DNA of 62,382 bases from Trypethelium eluteriae (lineage: Eukaryota). Position numbers and translations under genes: made by a program. Every line of letters begins with the position of its first letter. Positions within the stretch are counted from its first letter, which is position 1. Below, one piece after another: positions 1 through 12,954 of this stretch. A model generated the notes under the pieces. That model was not told the DNA's origin, searched no databases, and was given only the letters and a program-made list of their open reading frames with translations. Location of the stretch: contig JAVECL010000073.1 in assembly GCA_051942245.1 (NCBI GenBank), positions 1 to 62,382 on the forward strand. Direction: 5' to 3'.

Positions 1-270
1 GGGGACGGATACGCCGATGGAGGATAGTATTGGGGCGAGTGATGATGATGAGTTAGGTGGATGTAAGACGGCCCTTCTCTACTTTCATTTTATTGGATTT
101 CCCCTCTTTCTAGGGTATTGGCTGACCACGATGTGCTTGCAGATGGCTTCTTCGATGCCGGGCGTCTGCTCCAGGCGCTCCGTGCGGGTCAAGAGACGAA
201 CGAGCGGCCGAGCGAGAAGGTGGCTGCCAGGAGGGAAGTGGGCAAGAAATTACGGTTGATGGAATACTAA
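1..270 (+). CDS. 3' end of a gene truncated by the window edge (hypothetical protein)
   Basis: GT-AG intron 63..142 (gtaaga...gctgac...tgcag) joins GTDTPMEDSIGASDDDELGG to YGFFDAGRLLQALRAGQETNERPSEKVAARREVGKKLRLMEY*, with TAA at 268-270. Family not recognised. Confidence 0.6.
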
Positions 271-593
271 GGACATCTAACGAATGTGAAAAGGTGGAGA
301 TGGTCGAGACGGGAGGAGCGAATTCATTTGGGAACCCCTCTTCGTTTTCTCTTAGAAATGCAGATCTCAGATTACGTCTTAGAGGTGTGGCTTGCATATG
401 TGCATGAAAGGGAAATCTGTTGAATCTTTTAGAGACTAGGTCGAGCCCAGCGCAGCAGAAATATTACACAGGGATTGTTGCATCTCCGAGACCGGGTCTG
501 GCCACAGAGTACCGCTTTGGGCCATACTACCTTTGTTTTGACCCCGCAAGGAACCCATACGCCTAAATTGATTGCATCGACTGTAGATTTAAA

Positions 594-2031
594 TCAATAG
601 CCCTGAGGAGTATACGGGGGATAGGACGATTGCTGTCCACCATAGCCTCCACCTTGTTGCTGTTGTTGTCCATAGCCGCCTTGTTGACTAGAGTCGTGGC
701 CATGTTGGCCGTAGCTCGGCGGGGGTGGATACTGGCCTCCAGATCCATATTGACTTTGGGAACTAGGATGCGAGCTCATGGGAGGTGGAGGTGGGTATTG
801 TTGCTGAGTGTATCCACCTTGTTGGTATTGATTATGTTGTTGCTGCTGATTGTACTGATCATGGCCGGGAGGTGGCGGAAAAGATTGCTGATTCTGGCCG
901 TATCCACTTTGTTGCTGCCCTCCATACGAAGAGTAATTCGAGGAATACTGATCCTGTTGATGATACGACTGTCCTGGATAGTCTGAATGCGACTGTTGAC
1001 CATGTTGGGGTTGGGAGTGCTGATTATAGCCTTGTTGAGGCTGATGTGTTGGCTGTCCACCATATTGTTGCTGCTGATGCTGTTGACCCGGTGGATTGTA
1101 TGTTCCGCTAGTTGGACCGTACTGCGAAGAACCGGAGGGCTGATATGCCGCAGGAGGCGCAGTGCCGGTGTATGGTCCACTAGAGCTGTGGTTGGTATAG
1201 CCATAATTCTGCTGCTGGTGCTGTACTCATGGATCAGACAATTTTCCCACTGGACATTGTGCCGTCACTCACGGAACCATGCCCACCGAGCAAACCTCCT
1301 ACCAGACCTCCAAGACCTGATTGATGAGAGCCCGAGGAACCTCCCGGAGTGCCCTGCTGCTGCTGCTGCTGCTGCTGTTGATTATGAGGCTTATTTCCGC
1401 TAAGCAGACCAGATGCTATCTGTCCGACCAGACCTCCTCCGCCGCCGCTATGCGAGCCACCTTGACCCCCATATTGGCCTCCATGTGAGCCTCCGAGGAA
1501 TTGATTCGCGAGACCACCAAGCCCTGATTGCTGTTGTCCGGGCTTACTCTGTGAGCCGCTGAGGAAGTTCATGGCAGTACTCTGTGACAATGCTTAGCAA
1601 GTGGAAAAAGGTGAAGACATTGTCAATGGCGTACACCAAGTCCACGATCTGATTCTTCTCCGGCCATGCCTCGTTCTCCGCCTGTTGCTGGCGGTGGGTA
1701 AGGACCGGTGGTGTTACTGGGCGTTGGATCGGGAGTAGGGACACCCGGAGCAGCTTCAGTGGGCAGGTCCCAAGTGGATTGTCCGGTGCTGAGTTGAACG
1801 TAGTAATATTTACGAGAGCTATGGCAAAGTGAGCGATCAGAGTCTCGGAAGGCTAACGAAGTTAGGCAATGGACGGTTCAGACCTCGCATCCCACTGCGC
1901 AATCCTGTCCCTCGCCGTTAACCGTTAGCTATGCCTGAAAAATTTGGGACTGCGACAACTGACCAGCCAGGGGGCAGGTAGGGCGGGTTCGTGTCTGGGC
2001 CGGCGTCGTTATCCACGTGAGCTTCTGCCAT
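594..2031 (-). CDS. WW-domain protein with long Gly/Gln/Tyr/Pro-rich low-complexity tail (Wwm1-like architecture)
   Basis: Manual splicing of exons 2031-1964, 1904-1884, 1818-1635, 1581-1273 and 1220-594 (all GT-AG) gives MAEAHVDNDAGPDTNPPYLPPGWIAQWDASSRKYYYVQLSTGQSTWDLP, a canonical WW motif (LPPGW...YYY...TWxxP). A G/Q/Y/S/P-rich tail follows, ending PPYTPQGY*. Confidence 0.85.
1354..1380. repeat. (CTG/CAG)n trinucleotide microsatellite encoding polyQ in the WW protein
   Basis: ctgctgctgctgctgctgctgctgttg on +, read as a run of nine Gln on -. Confidence 0.9.
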
Positions 2032-2539
2032 GCCTTGGTCACAAAGACGGTGTGAATAGGTATTAGGACGTCAATCGCAAGAAAAGGGCAGAGTTAAAGT
2101 AGGGCCAGCCTGTCGCGAGTCATGGCCAAAGCGCGGAAAAGATGACGAGCACGAGCTACAAGGCAGTGCAGGACCATTCCAGCTGAGGACGCCTGCTGCC
2201 CTGCTGTTCGATACTTCTTCCGCTGTTGTCATTGGCGGGGCTTCAGACAGATTCTACGGTACGTACCGGCATGCGTATGTACCTCATACTCTATGCATGC
2301 ACTTAGCTCCTTCACCTCACGTATTCTACTTAAATAATCCTCGTCCCAGTTCACCTTTCCGTCCTACTCATGTACGTCAAAGACTGGCTGAACAACGAAT
2401 GTCTTATGCAATCAGCGATGTTGATTTGCTATGTGGCCCATATGATGCAAGAGACTCCCAGCCATCTGTCCGACTGACTAATAGTAAAGCCACCCAGCCA
2501 AGCCCTAATCGGGGTATCATTGATCAAGAGCCTGATTAA

Positions 2540-4579
2540 CTACCAAGCATAACCGTCATCAGCAACACCATCGTTCTCACCAGTCCAGTCCTCATCTCCA
2601 CTAGCTTCCGAGTCCAAAAAGTGGCTCTCATTCAATTGCTCCTCCATAGGACGCTGATTGTCGATCAGAATATCGACGACTTGGCACATGCCCTGTATGA
2701 AATCGTCCTTGCTCCTTTCACCTTGCTCGCTCTGCTCCTGGTCACTTTGAGAGTCCGTTTGGGCGATTCTCTGACTTTGGCGCGTGCGTCTGGAAGGCCC
2801 ATCGTTCTCAGACATTTGTGCCGGCTGCGACCCAGGATCCTGGCCCATCTTTGAGCTACGCCTGGTGGGGCCGCCCCCATGCGGAAGCTTCATATCATTC
2901 TCAAGCCCTGTGGAGGGTTCGTGGAAAGGCTCCGGGTTCTTCCATCTTCGGAACGCGCGCATCGACATTAGATGGCGATTTGGCGGAGCACACTTTCGAA
3001 GGAAAACCGTCCGAAACCGCGGAATCCACTTTTCGCGGAAGTCCGCGCGATCACGCCAGCTGCAGTCGAGGATGGGTTTTAGGACCAACTTGCGTAGATC
3101 GGGGAGATCCTTGGCGGAATCGATGAGTGACTGGAAAAAATGCGTCGCTGCGTCTAAGCTCTCCCATTTCCTCAGATGGATCAGTTCGACAGTGCGAAGT
3201 GTTCGAGGCCATGTAGGTATCTCGTCAGATGCCAGTAATGTAGTGTAAAGTGGATCGGAATCGCGATGTGTAAATCGAGTACTGTAGCAATGCATGTCCA
3301 TCTTGAATACCTCGAGTCTAGGGGATGTTCGAGCGAGATGGGGTAAGAAGGCGAGATCTAAAGCACGGTTGTAATCCAGCACCAGCTCCTTTAGGTGAGC
3401 GCCATTGCCTTCGAGAAAACTGTGAAGAGACTCGGAATTGATACGGATGCAATTCTCCAGTGTGAGTTTCTTGAGCGAGGTGGGTAGGCTTTTCAGCAGC
3501 ACGCCATTAAGTCCGGGCGACGAATGAAAGCAGACGCTTTCGAGCTCTGGTAATGCAGCACTATTTGCAGCCAAAGTCTCCGCGGCTTCGACGGCGTTGT
3601 GCTTCTCATCTCGAAGTTTGAAGTTCAGGATGGAGATTTGACGCAGACTTTGAAACGGCTTGGATTGATGAATCTCGGTCATCCACGGAAAGGCATCGCG
3701 ATCACCGAATAATCTAAAGTTCCAGGTAAAGCTTTTCAGCCGCTGTTGGGTGCTCTCAAGCGCAGTGAAGAGATTGTCTGGGTAATGCCATCGGATGCTA
3801 TGTTCTACCTGGCGGTAAGGAGGGAAGTCGTCCTTCAAGTAAATGTTTATCGCTGAAAGTTGCGGAAGGCGAGAAATGAGCTGTCCTAGGTCGAACGTGC
3901 CATGATTATGATATTTGTAATTGAGGGTATCCCAGACGTCCAGCTGCAAACGCTTCACCTTGACTCCGTAATTGAGGCTTGGAGTGCCAATTTCTTGGTT
4001 ATTGGCGACAAGGGAATCCAGTAGTCTATGGGGCTGACTGAGGTCGCGTAATGGTGGAACACGGTATAATGCTGAGATTGCAGGCTCCATGAATGCTTTA
4101 CAAACAAGAGCAGCATCCAAAACCCAGGTTTTGGCCTTTCGCTGGCCTGCATCGTGATCACACGGGTCGTCGAAAGCATACGTGAAGATCTCCAATAGGA
4201 TTGCGTACGGTAAAGTTTGCCAGGGCGGGATAACACCATCGGACTCTACCGGTACTCCTCCAGTAACTCCTGATGCTGACTTCCCATTACTTGATGACAG
4301 CTGTGGCTTTGCGGGGTTCCGCGGATTGTGCTTCCTGGGAGAGTGTTCCAAAGCTGTTCGTCCCGAGTGGCTCGATGTAAGCGCAGCGGCTCTGCGTTGC
4401 CTTTTTGGAGGAGGAGCATCGCTCTCGGAGACGGACGAGACAAAGTCGTCTCCTGAGCTGTCTGTACTGTCCTCTCTATACGAGATTGAGGCTCGTGTGG
4501 ACCGCTTAGCGCCTGCACGTGCCGTAGACTTCGAGGTTCGACTCATCACTCGGCGCATGCTGCGAGTGTTGCTGGCCAT
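2540..4579 (-). CDS. F-box-like / RNI-like leucine-rich repeat protein
   Basis: 679-aa single ORF. It has an F-box-like motif (PPWQTLPYAILLEIFTYA), LRR-type repeats (LKKLTLENCIRI, LKELVLDYNRAL, LEVFKMD, LRTVELIHL), a basic N-terminus and an acidic C-terminus. Confidence 0.75.
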   Translation of the reverse strand: MASNTRSMRRVMSRTSKSTARAGAKRSTRASISYREDSTDSSGDDFVSSVSESDAPPPKRQRRAAALTSSHSGRTALEHSPRKHNPRNPAKPQLSSSNGKSASGVTGGVPVESDGVIPPWQTLPYAILLEIFTYAFDDPCDHDAGQRKAKTWVLDAALVCKAFMEPAISALYRVPPLRDLSQPHRLLDSLVANNQEIGTPSLNYGVKVKRLQLDVWDTLNYKYHNHGTFDLGQLISRLPQLSAINIYLKDDFPPYRQVEHSIRWHYPDNLFTALESTQQRLKSFTWNFRLFGDRDAFPWMTEIHQSKPFQSLRQISILNFKLRDEKHNAVEAAETLAANSAALPELESVCFHSSPGLNGVLLKSLPTSLKKLTLENCIRINSESLHSFLEGNGAHLKELVLDYNRALDLAFLPHLARTSPRLEVFKMDMHCYSTRFTHRDSDPLYTTLLASDEIPTWPRTLRTVELIHLRKWESLDAATHFFQSLIDSAKDLPDLRKLVLKPILDCSWRDRADFREKWIPRFRTVFLRKCAPPNRHLMSMRAFRRWKNPEPFHEPSTGLENDMKLPHGGGPTRRSSKMGQDPGSQPAQMSENDGPSRRTRQSQRIAQTDSQSDQEQSEQGERSKDDFIQGMCQVVDILIDNQRPMEEQLNESHFLDSEASGDEDWTGENDGVADDGYAW

Positions 4580-6299
4580 GGGTCATCGCAACAGAGAACA
4601 CAGATGGTGGACACGATCAATGTCGACTGAGCCTATGGTGGACGTCCAGCGATGCCTCTGCGGAGGGCAAGAAACGTAAGTGGTGTCGCAGCGGATCAGA
4701 AGGAATGATCAGCGTGGTGATGATGCTGCGTTGATGAAAGTGGTACCTCCAGGCCGCCGGAAAGTCAAGCGTTGCCTGATTCGGAAGATTGCGGCTACCC
4801 TTTATTCACTCAGCCAAGCCACTGCATCAACTCGTCCCCCTGACCCGCTCCATTCGAACTTTACGCATTGTCTTCTCTGGTGAATGCAATAATGGTCGCA
4901 TTGTACTCCGTAGATAATCAAGCTTTTCTATCTTTACCTGTCGTTCTCTTCAAGCTTCTTCCTCGCCCCGGTGATCTCAAGACTGCCTTCTGACTTGTGC
5001 TGCTCTCCTCAGTGACATCAAGACCGCCTCGCCGGTGGCTTTGCATCCGGATCGCACCCTGTGAGCTGATTCTGGTGTTTTCTTTTACTTTGAATCGGTA
5101 TCGCACCCTAATATTTCTCCTTCCCTCATTCTCAAGCTCAATTGCTGAGGACATATTCTTCGCTTGTCCTCTCTCCGCAATGTCGTCCAAATCTTTGTCT
5201 TTGAATACTTGGTGGCTTCAGTGAGAGTTTCCATTTCGGAGGAATGTGAGAATCTTCCAAGCTAAGATCATTTTCAACCTTGTCAACTTGACACGGAACG
5301 CGAGATCCGTTGCTGAGGAGAAACACTTCAGTCTGAGAGCCCCTTCAATATCAAATTTAGCCTCATTACTTCAAACCAATAGCCGGAATTCAAGATTGAC
5401 TTTTGTCTGAGGCCAAACTCTGAGAATATGAATTCACAGGCTTAGAAGGAGGAGCAAGCATTGGTCATCTTTCTGACGTACGACTCACAAGGTCCGCAAC
5501 ATTCGCAGAGCATTCCTTCTGATTACACATCAGTATTGGGTGACTTTGTCGTACTTAGTTCATATGATCTTTCCACGGGAGAGCACCGACCCATGGGTTC
5601 TTTGGCTGTGCTTGCTCGAGCTGAGGCTACCGACCCAACGTAGGGCACCGTGCACCAGATGCTTATGCATTTTACCGCCATTCTGGACACACTGAGCCAA
5701 TACGAATCCTTGCTTACTACGAAGTTCAAGATGAGCCCTTCTGTTCGTTAATACATATAGGAGTTCAGAATTAAACAAATAAGCAGAGTCACGAGTACCG
5801 GTCATGTGTTTACCACCTTCTCTCCTGGGCTTCACCTACTTCCTCTCTAATCCCAGTGACGCGCTCCAGGCCTGCATCAATATAGCCCGATGCTTCAGAA
5901 CACTAACTACGGAGTATACTCATAGAATTCTTATCTTCATTCCAACTGGTTATAAGAACAAGTTTGTGTACACTAAATTAAGCGCCATGGTCGCGGTCAC
6001 AGCGAACAAGCAATGGGACAAAAGCATGATGGAATGATGATGGTGTTGTAGCTAACTCCCGGAAATTGTCTTTCCTGACAGTGTGGTCTGTGCTTCCGTC
6101 TCTGCCTGCAGTCCGGCTGCAGCACGTGTGCCTCTCTGGCGTAGCAACTGGTAGCTAAGCAGCTATGACCACGTCCCCATGGTCATCATCATAAAGAAAA
6201 GGTAAGAAATTCATATATGATAAGCAGCATTAGCAGTAAAGAGACTATCCGGTAACGCACCAAAGAAACCATAAGCACTTCATGCCCTCGTCATCTCCA

Positions 6300-6990
6300 T
6301 TGTTAAGGAAACCACCCTGCAAAGAATCCTAGGAGCAAATATCAAAGGAAAGGATCGGAAAGAGTCATTATCGCGCGAACTAGTCGGCAGGGGAAAGTAC
6401 CATCCTGCGATGAGGGTATTAGAGAAGCGTTCAGTGGAAGAAAATTGCCGCGGAAGGTTTCATCCATCCTTGGCGCGAAGAGTTGTTCCTAGTTAGGCCT
6501 CTTGTTAATACTTCCAAAGGAGATGCTTCTTGATGATGAGGATTTTGGCGAAGGCGATATCTGTGTGTCGCCTGTTTCTTAGGGTGCATGCAGTAGGATC
6601 TGCCTCATTTCATCGAGGTCCTTCTGGGGAGCAGAGTGTACATCGACCTGTTTTTTCAAGGCTGTGTATGCGTCCGAAATGTGTATTTGCATGTCTGCCA
6701 CCTGCTTCACCAGCACATCTGTATCGGTTCTGTCAGGCCTCACCAGGCTGTGTTAGCTGGGGTCGATTCCCGCCGTAGTATGTCGGGTCATTCATCTCCT
6801 CGTCACTTTCCCACTCTCCTTCCCAGCTCCCATTTGGAGGTTTGCGCCGGCTCAGCGAAAACGAATCAAGGGGGTAGTCCGCAACGAAGAATTCGTATTC
6901 TCAAATCTAGCCCCAAGACAGATTCAAAGTTTCGTGGGCTAGGAGTAATTTACGGCTATCGACCGTCTTCGTCTCTTCTTTCGGCGCCAT
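6300..6990 (-). pseudogene. Degraded protein-coding relic of unknown family
   Basis: Minus-strand frames give protein-like segments (EYEFFVADYPLDSFSLSRRKPPNGSWEGEWESDEEM; coiled-coil-like DVLVKQVADMQIHISDAYTALKKQVDVHSAPQKDLDEMRQILL) interrupted by TAA/TAG/TGA stops and a frame change. Boundaries approximate. Confidence 0.3.
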
Positions 6991-7161
6991 CAAGATGTTC
7001 AGTAGACATTGTACTGCCACTCGTCATCTCTTACCCGTCTCACATGCGGGTTCGTCTGTTGCTGCGCAGCTTCCATCAGCACGACTTTTCACCGAGCTTT
7101 CTTACCCTGTTGAAGTCGTCTGACAGTCACTTGTCAAAAGTCCGTGGGTTTGGCAGCTACT

Positions 7162-8513
7162 CTAGAATTTCGCTGCCGGTGAATTGAGTTCAATTTCTTC
7201 CGCTACCGCTTTTGCAAACACAGCCTGCACATCATGCTCATGAATCCAGAATGGGTCCGACCTGTTCTTGACTCTTTCTCTCAGCTGATCATCTGTCTCC
7301 TCTTTCCCGGCTCTAATACGCGAGATGGTGGCCTTGTTCCCTGCATGCACTGTCGATATCACGCGGTCTGTGCGCAGCTTTCTTACTCGCTCGTATAGAG
7401 ACAATGCTCGTTTGAAGTCGTAAGTAGCACGATGGGTGGAGCCGGGGGGAAAGACATGCCACAAGGCAGCTGCGAAAGCATAGCCATCGTCAATAGCTAG
7501 CGACCCGCCAGCGGCCAAGGTACCTCCATGTGCATGAGCAGCGTCGCCTGCTAGAGTTGCCCGTCCATGACAGAAAGACCAACGGTCGAGTGCAGAAGCA
7601 GCAGTATTTGGATACTGCCGAGTATACGGCGAGGCATCGACCATCCGTCGAATTACCGGATGCCAATCCTTATAATATTGCCGCATCTCATTGACATCCC
7701 CATCTGAATTCCATGTTGCACCCCTGTATGGTGCGTCCGGCGCATATGGGTCACTGTAATGGCCTCCAACAATCGTAAATAGACCATTCCCAAGTCTCGA
7801 AGCGAAGAAAGTACGATCAGGGCCCCACCAATGATTTGCTTCGTTCAGAATCGCATCGTCCAGATCCTCAAGGAGCTTCACGTCGAATACTGAGCGGAAG
7901 GCCACCCATCCAGTCCATTTTGGTCCTGAACCAGGCACGAAGTAGCGGCGCACTGCGGAGCGGATACCATCGGCACCCAGAAGGACATCAGCATTTACAC
8001 TTGAACCGTCTTCAAAAGAGACTGTAACGGAGTTCGTGGAGCTGTTGGCCGTTGCGGACGCGAATGCCTTTTTCAATTGAATCTTCTCGCTTGGAACATG
8101 TGCCAGCAAGGCCTTCTGAAGATCTGCCCGGTAGAAGCGTGCTGTGCGATGTCTACGTTCGACGTCATCATGATGAGAGTCAACCGAGGTAATCTCATTC
8201 GTTCTCCAGTGCCTGTTGCAGGTCAAGTTCAATTCGAGACGCTGTAAAATGATGCCCACCTGTATATCATAGGAAACCCTGATCGGTTGCGAAAGGCAAT
8301 CGAGTTATCCAACGCATTGACCACACCTAGTCTCTCTAGTGTCCTTAGCTCGTTTGGGCCAAGAGCGATGGAGGCGCCAATTTCTTCAAGCCGCCCTGCT
8401 CGTTCGTACACTTGATACTCGATGTCTGGATGGTCTTTCAATCCTACTGCAGCTGCCAGGCCAGCAACGCCCGCACCGATTATTGCGACAGAAAGCTTCC
8501 GTGGTGCCTCCAT
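7162..8513 (-). CDS. FAD-dependent monooxygenase (salicylate hydroxylase-like, group A)
   Basis: Two exons (intron 8213..8259). Motifs IIGAGVAGL (GxGxxG), DVLLGADGIRS (DG) and LAGDAAHA (GD). Confidence 0.9.
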
Positions 8514-9158
8514 GGCAAAGGCGAGCTTTTTCCGGCGTGCACGTCTTGAATAGCAGCGGCCTGCGTCTTAAGAGGGGCACAGAACCAAAAGATGAAAGAC
8601 ATACAAGAGGAGCTAGGGGATTCATGCTCTCTGGATATCATGGTCTCGGGAAAGGCTTGGTTCCTGTCATTGGTCCATTCCCTTTCATCGAGGGGTTCCT
8701 CAGCACGCGAGAGAGGTTGCACATGATGTGATTGCAAGATCAGCTTAAACTCCATGCACATGGTCACACCTATCTATGCCACACTGAAACATTATTCGGG
8801 CCTTTTCAAATGGCAACCGTAAGCTTTGAGAATTGTTGGTCCCATCGGCGAATCATGAACATTGATCGCTGGAGCGAATTCGCATCTCCCAAGTACCCAC
8901 CCCAACCATTAATGGCTATCCATCTTCCTAGCGACGCCTCGGTGGGTGCATACTCTCACCATCTAGGCGCGCACTTGCACAATGAAAAAAGTTGATCTGC
9001 ACCAATGAACAGTCTGCGAACTCCAGCGGCGACTTAGCCGACACTGTATCTATTGTTCAGCATCCGTACAGAATTGTGATAAGAAAGTCTTGGACCCTTC
9101 TTTCCAAGCACTCCTTTATCCAAATTACTAATACTTCGATTTAACAAGTTTTGGAAAG

Positions 9159-10949
9159 ATGACTAAACCCACAGACGGTTTGGAAGGACCTGTGGTATCA
9201 GAATCTGTCGCCTTCGCACCAAGACTCCCTGACCGCTACGCCGACGAAAGCTACAAACTGTTCTCCAAGATCCATGTTGGTGATCCTAGTCTCGAGACAT
9301 CGATAGCGATCCGAAGAAAATGTGTTCGATGGATTCTACCGTTCTTATGCGTGGGTTATCACCTCATGTATGTTGACAAGCAGACAGTGAGCGGATTCGC
9401 CGCACAACAATATTCAGCACGCCAGCTAACAAAACAAGCTTGGAAATTCTTCAATCTTAGGTATTCTTAAGAATGCTCATCTGAATGCGACGCAATACAA
9501 TTGGCTAGTTTCAATATTCTACTTTGGATACCTACTCGCAGAATGGCCCCAAAACTGGGCACTCCAACGCTTCCCTGTTGCGAAATGGCTGGCAGGAAAT
9601 CTCACAATCTTGTAAAGAACCTGATCTCCATCCTTGAGAGACCACTGACATAAGTTCCAAGGGGAAGCATTTTACTGCTTCATATCCCTTGCGAGAGCTT
9701 CGCCAGTCTGTTCGTCGTTCGTTTCCTCCTAGGTCTTGCTGAGGCCTGCATCGTTCCTTCCTTTCAGATTATTTTGTCAATGTTTTTTACGTATGATGAG
9801 CAAGCCGTCCTCATGCCATGTATGTGGGCTGTTGGCAACGCAAGTCCCATCACTTCTGGCCTGCTGTCTTACGGTGTTCTTTGGATCAAGACAGGCAGCT
9901 TTGCATCCTGGAAATGGTTCATGCGTGAGTGCTATCACGCCCCTTCCGCTTTGCAGAAGCATTTTTTGCCAGTGCACGACTAATTTTCTCAGTAATTACC
10001 GAAGTCATAACGCTTATCTTCGCCGCCGCAGTCTTCTTCTGGCTTCCGGACAGTCCTCTATCGGCGCACTTCCTCTCGCAAGAGCAGCGTGCTCAAGCCA
10101 TCCTTCGCATTAAGAGCAACCATTCAGGCATCGAACAGAAACGGTTCAAGAAATATCAATTCATCGAGGCTATTCGTGATCCGAAGACTTGGCTATTCTT
10201 TTTCCACGCTTGGGGCCAAGAAATGTCGAACGGACTCACGAGCCAGTATTCTCTGATTATACAGTCGTTTGGCTTCACGACCCTACAGACAACTCTTCTC
10301 GGCTGCGTTACTGGTCTGGTCGCTTTAGTATCGCTAGCGCTCGCAGCTATCATCCTCGCCGGGACGAAGAACTGTCGCGCCTGGATCTCCGCCGCATACG
10401 TTCCTACATTCGCCGCATCTGTATTGTCATTATCGCTTCCGTGGAGTGACCGTTGGGGCCTCTTGGTCGCCATATGGCTACGCTCCACAACAGGCATTCC
10501 GTACAGTGTCGTCATGGTCTGGGCCGCGAACTGCTCTGCAGGCCATACAAAGAAAAAAACAGTGATTGCGCTCTATCATGTTGGTTACGGGCTCGGAAAT
10601 ATTCTCTCGCCACAGCTATTCCAACCACAGTACAGACCGCGGTATCCAGTAACTTGGGGCGTGATTCTGGGGATAGGGTGCATATTTCCGATGTCCCTTG
10701 TAATCTTCTTGCGGTATTACCTGAAGCAGGAGAACAAGAGGAGAGACGGATTGCAGAACGAGAGAGCAACTAGCGAAGTTGGTGTGCTCAAGCATGTCAA
10801 TCAGCACGATGAGACCATTGGAGAGGAAGTTGTAGATGCGAGACAATTGGATCTAACGGACCGCGAGAACTTGGCTTTGTAAGTGGCTGAAGAAATACAC
10901 ACGGAAAGCATCGGCTAACTGTTAACTACACAGTCGCTATGTCCTATGA
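9159..10949 (+). CDS. MFS transporter, allantoate permease (Dal5/ACS) family
   Basis: Five exons joined by GT-AG introns. Motifs YVDKQTLGNSSILG, YNWLVSIFYFGYL, RFLLGLAEA, LPDSPLSAHFL, NCSAGHTKK and the typical C-terminus DLTDRENLAFRYVL*. Confidence 0.9.
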
Positions 10950-11106
10950 GTCTCCTTACCTTAGTGTCACTTGGAACTTCGCGGAAGCCCAAGTCGGCAG
11001 AAAACCCAAAACTACCACCGCAGGGCGATATATATGTGCCATACGAATTAAGAAATTCATGCCCTTAATGAAATCAGTTACGGTTCGGGTATCCAACAGT
11101 CATCCC

Positions 11107-12570
11107 TCAGTCCCAACAGCTAGCAAGAAGCTTTCTCGGTCTGGACCCCGTTATCAGGCATACTGCAAAGTAAGTTGTATATAACCTTACCCGGTCCACG
11201 GCTCACGAGCGTGTTGAACTTGATGATTCTGCCAAGTAATCAGTGCGAAGTACTCAAAGGACTGCATTCGATCGTACATACATCCAGTATTAACACATCT
11301 CCAGCTTTCCAAGTCACCTTAGAACTTGTTTTTCTATCACTGTCAATTTTGTCTGCGCTGAAATTATGGAATTATTACTTACTGGATGATATCATATGCA
11401 TTTACTAGGAAATGCTCTGGAATCAACTCGCCGTCCCCGTACTCACGGGAGTCAGCCATACCTTCGTCTCAAAATCAAAGCAGCACTTACGAAGCACGGA
11501 GGCTGGTATTTTCCGTCCTCACTAATATGTGAAGGTTGCAGTGTACCGTTCGCGCGCGCGTACAGAAATCTGGACACCATGTTGTTGAAAAAGGCCATGT
11601 GACCAGTCATTTCATGTTTCTGGAGCGCTACATTGTTCAGCAACTCTCCTGCAGATGTCAGGATTCTGAAGCATACCAGGAAGTCTCTGCCAGACTCTGA
11701 GGTCTCCCAACTGGTTAGATTCCGACTGGTTCTCCCACTGCCACGTCGCCGTTGGGAGACGCTTGATCTCTTTTTCAATTTTTGCTCGACGGTCTTCCAC
11801 ACCGTCTGAGTCGAGAATCTTCTTGCCATATGACTGCAGTACTGATGTACCAGGAGAAGAAACATTGTCCCGCGGCTTTTTCGGATAAAAGAGCTGGTAT
11901 TTGACACCCTGTTTCGTATCAGCATTATGGTACTGCGTACCAGGTCTTCTTCTGAGTGTCATAACTTAGCTTCCAATGCATTTAAAAACTCTGGAACAGT
12001 TTCCTTCAGTCGTTCGTAGAGTACAATGGAGCTGTTAATTGGCGTTTCGCCTCCCTGTTCCGGCGCACCGGCACAATAGAAAAGGACATATTGAGGGTAA
12101 TGCGGACTCAAGCCAAACTCGTTATGAGGGTATATAGGTTGAGTATTTGGTCCCTCATTTGCAGTTGCGACATTTGGCGCTAAAACCGTACGCCTAACAG
12201 GATTCCCAATATCTTCATGTGCAGGCCATCCGAAAGCAGCTGCGAATTGAGAGAAATCTGCGGCAGTTTGAACACCGACATCTCTGAAGTAAATTGCTCC
12301 ATGTTTGGTGAGCAGAACTCTTACAACACCAGAGGCGGATAACTTCTTGACTGCTGCAACGAGCTCTGAAAGTCTTGTCGGTAGCAAGGTCGGGGAAAGT
12401 GCCAGAGGAAATTCAGTCCCTAGTTCATATGGCGCTGGAAGGTGCATCGACCACTCGTACAAGGTTCGTTTAAAACCTACTAGATTAAGATTGTCTCTCT
12501 GGCTGTTGTAGTCCGCACCAATGGTTTGGTGCACTTTGTCCGTAGCTTTACTTGCAACGGCAACCGCCAT
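11107..12570 (-). pseudogene. TauD/clavaminate synthase-like Fe(II)/2-oxoglutarate dioxygenase, probably defective
   Basis: HxE motif (PHNEFG), YVLFYC...GGETP, and a spliced C-terminus WKAGDVLILDNHQVQHAREPWTGPRKLLASCWD*. The intron-1 donor reads AAG|TTATGA rather than AAG|GT, and intron 3 ends in GAG. Confidence 0.7.
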
Positions 12571-12954
12571 CTTCACTCAAAAAGCTTTGTTAGAGACTGA
12601 TACGGTTTCCAAAAATCGTGAAACATTGAAATGCTAACCTAAGTATTTTCTCTCACAAGTACGTAGCTAAAACGCATCGTCATTTGCGCTAAAGAGTGTC
12701 AAGTTGCATCGAGCGTCATCTTGTTGTTCTAGCACGCCATTGAACTACCTTGCCTCAACTGCAACCTCACAGCTAACTTTCGATACTAGGAAGGCCAGAA
12801 AAAAATTCATAGAGGGATAAGGTGCACTTAGGAATTGTAGAGGGGCATGCTTGTTTTGAATGAACACGACAATAATGTGAAGCTTTGCTTTCTCTTACCC
12901 AAAGTTCGGTTCTCTTGATGCGTAATGTCCTTTTGGTCTTGAGTACTTATTAAC

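Noticed and set aside
630..1403. Leu-rich, membrane-protein-like plus-strand ORFs
   Set aside because: They are antisense translations of the CAG/CAA-rich WW-protein tail.
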